Virus record (IMG/VR): IMGVR_UViG_3300046710_000082
Span: 1-35,689 of that record
From: a virus
Taxonomy: Duplodnaviria > Caudoviricetes
Reading direction: 5' to 3' (one strand)
Length of the DNA: 35,689 nt
Shown here piece by piece: positions 35,182 through 35,689 of this stretch. Made by a program: the position numbers and the translations under genes. The notes beneath the pieces were generated by a model, which saw only the letters and a program-made list of their open reading frames with translations, made no database searches and was not told the DNA's origin. Numbering within the stretch: the first letter of the stretch is position 1; every line of letters begins with the position of its first letter.

Positions 35182-35689
35182 CCAAAGACTACGCATCACC
35201 GCGCTGGTCAGCCGAGATACTTGACTGTTCCATGCCAATGACGATGGATACCTACAGCCTGTGTTCCTACAACTGCCAGTATTGCTTCTCGTGGTTTCAG
35301 AAAAGCCATGTCCTGACAGGCTATCTGAGCAGGGATGTGCGCGTTGTTGATACGGCAAAGGTCAAGCGACTGTTTGATGGAGCGCTGAACGGCGGCAAGT
35401 TGAACAAGACAGAGCAGCAGTTTGTTCCGTACATCCGAGACAGGAAAATCATGCAGTGGGGGGGCTTGGCTGACCAATTTGACGAGTACGAGCGCAAGCA
35501 TGGCGTAACGCTTGAACTGCTCAGGTATTTTGACAAGATTGACTATCCACTGTCGTTTTCAACAAAGGCGGTCTGGTGGACTGAGGACGAGCGCTACATG
35601 GCATTGTTCCGCAAGCATACGCACAATTGGCACGTCAAGGTGTCCATCATCACGCTGGATGAAGCGAAGGCGCGTGTGATTGAGCGTGG
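35154..35689 (+). CDS. N-terminal part of the radical SAM protein (continues at the start of the window)
   Basis: AAGGAG RBS, ATG 35154; MGNDETPELAKDYASPRW..DTYSLCSYNCQYCF contains CxxxCxxC, then QWGGLADQF and FSTK. Absent from the ORF track because it has no stop before the window end. Confidence 0.9.
   Translation, partial: MGNDETPELAKDYASPRWSAEILDCSMPMTMDTYSLCSYNCQYCFSWFQKSHVLTGYLSRDVRVVDTAKVKRLFDGALNGGKLNKTEQQFVPYIRDRKIMQWGGLADQFDEYERKHGVTLELLRYFDKIDYPLSFSTKAVWWTEDERYMALFRKHTHNWHVKVSIITLDEAKARVIER
35563..35689. repeat. Terminal direct repeat, right copy
   Basis: Identical to 1-127. Confidence 0.95.

Noticed and set aside
35563-35689. 127-bp terminal repeat as a biological DTR
   Set aside because: The length matches a common assembler k-mer and it interrupts a gene; best explained as circular-assembly overlap.

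Overview
The window is a complete, circularly assembled tailed-phage genome (siphovirus-type gene order). Bases 1-127 repeat exactly at 35563-35689, giving a unit length of 35,562 bp, and one radical SAM gene is split across that junction. Essentially all genes are on the + strand. The late module runs ParB-like, P-loop kinase, amino acid:DNA transferase-like, GNAT, radical SAM, TerS, TerL, portal, head, neck, tail (with a -1 frameshift chaperone) and lysis. The early module (about 18000-32530) holds many small ORFs, a beta-clamp-like protein, an acidic Ocr-like candidate, an HTH regulator, ERF recombinase, a replication initiator with internal iterons, a DnaC-like loader, a 3D-domain protein and a NinG-like nuclease. 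I see no integrase, DNA polymerase, tRNA or CRISPR array. Two systems stand out. (1) A predicted ~50-nt small RNA at the early/late boundary, with its own promoter and terminator, whose 5' seed is complementary to a non-standard ribosome-binding motif (AAAGGAGAYGR) found at nine early genes and parB but not at the AGGAGG-led structural genes; this suggests an en-bloc translational shut-off switch. (2) A thymine-hypermodification-like cassette next to the terminase that lacks any recognisable source of its hydroxymethyluracil substrate but carries an SPL-like radical SAM enzyme. All family assignments come from motif recognition by eye, not database searches.
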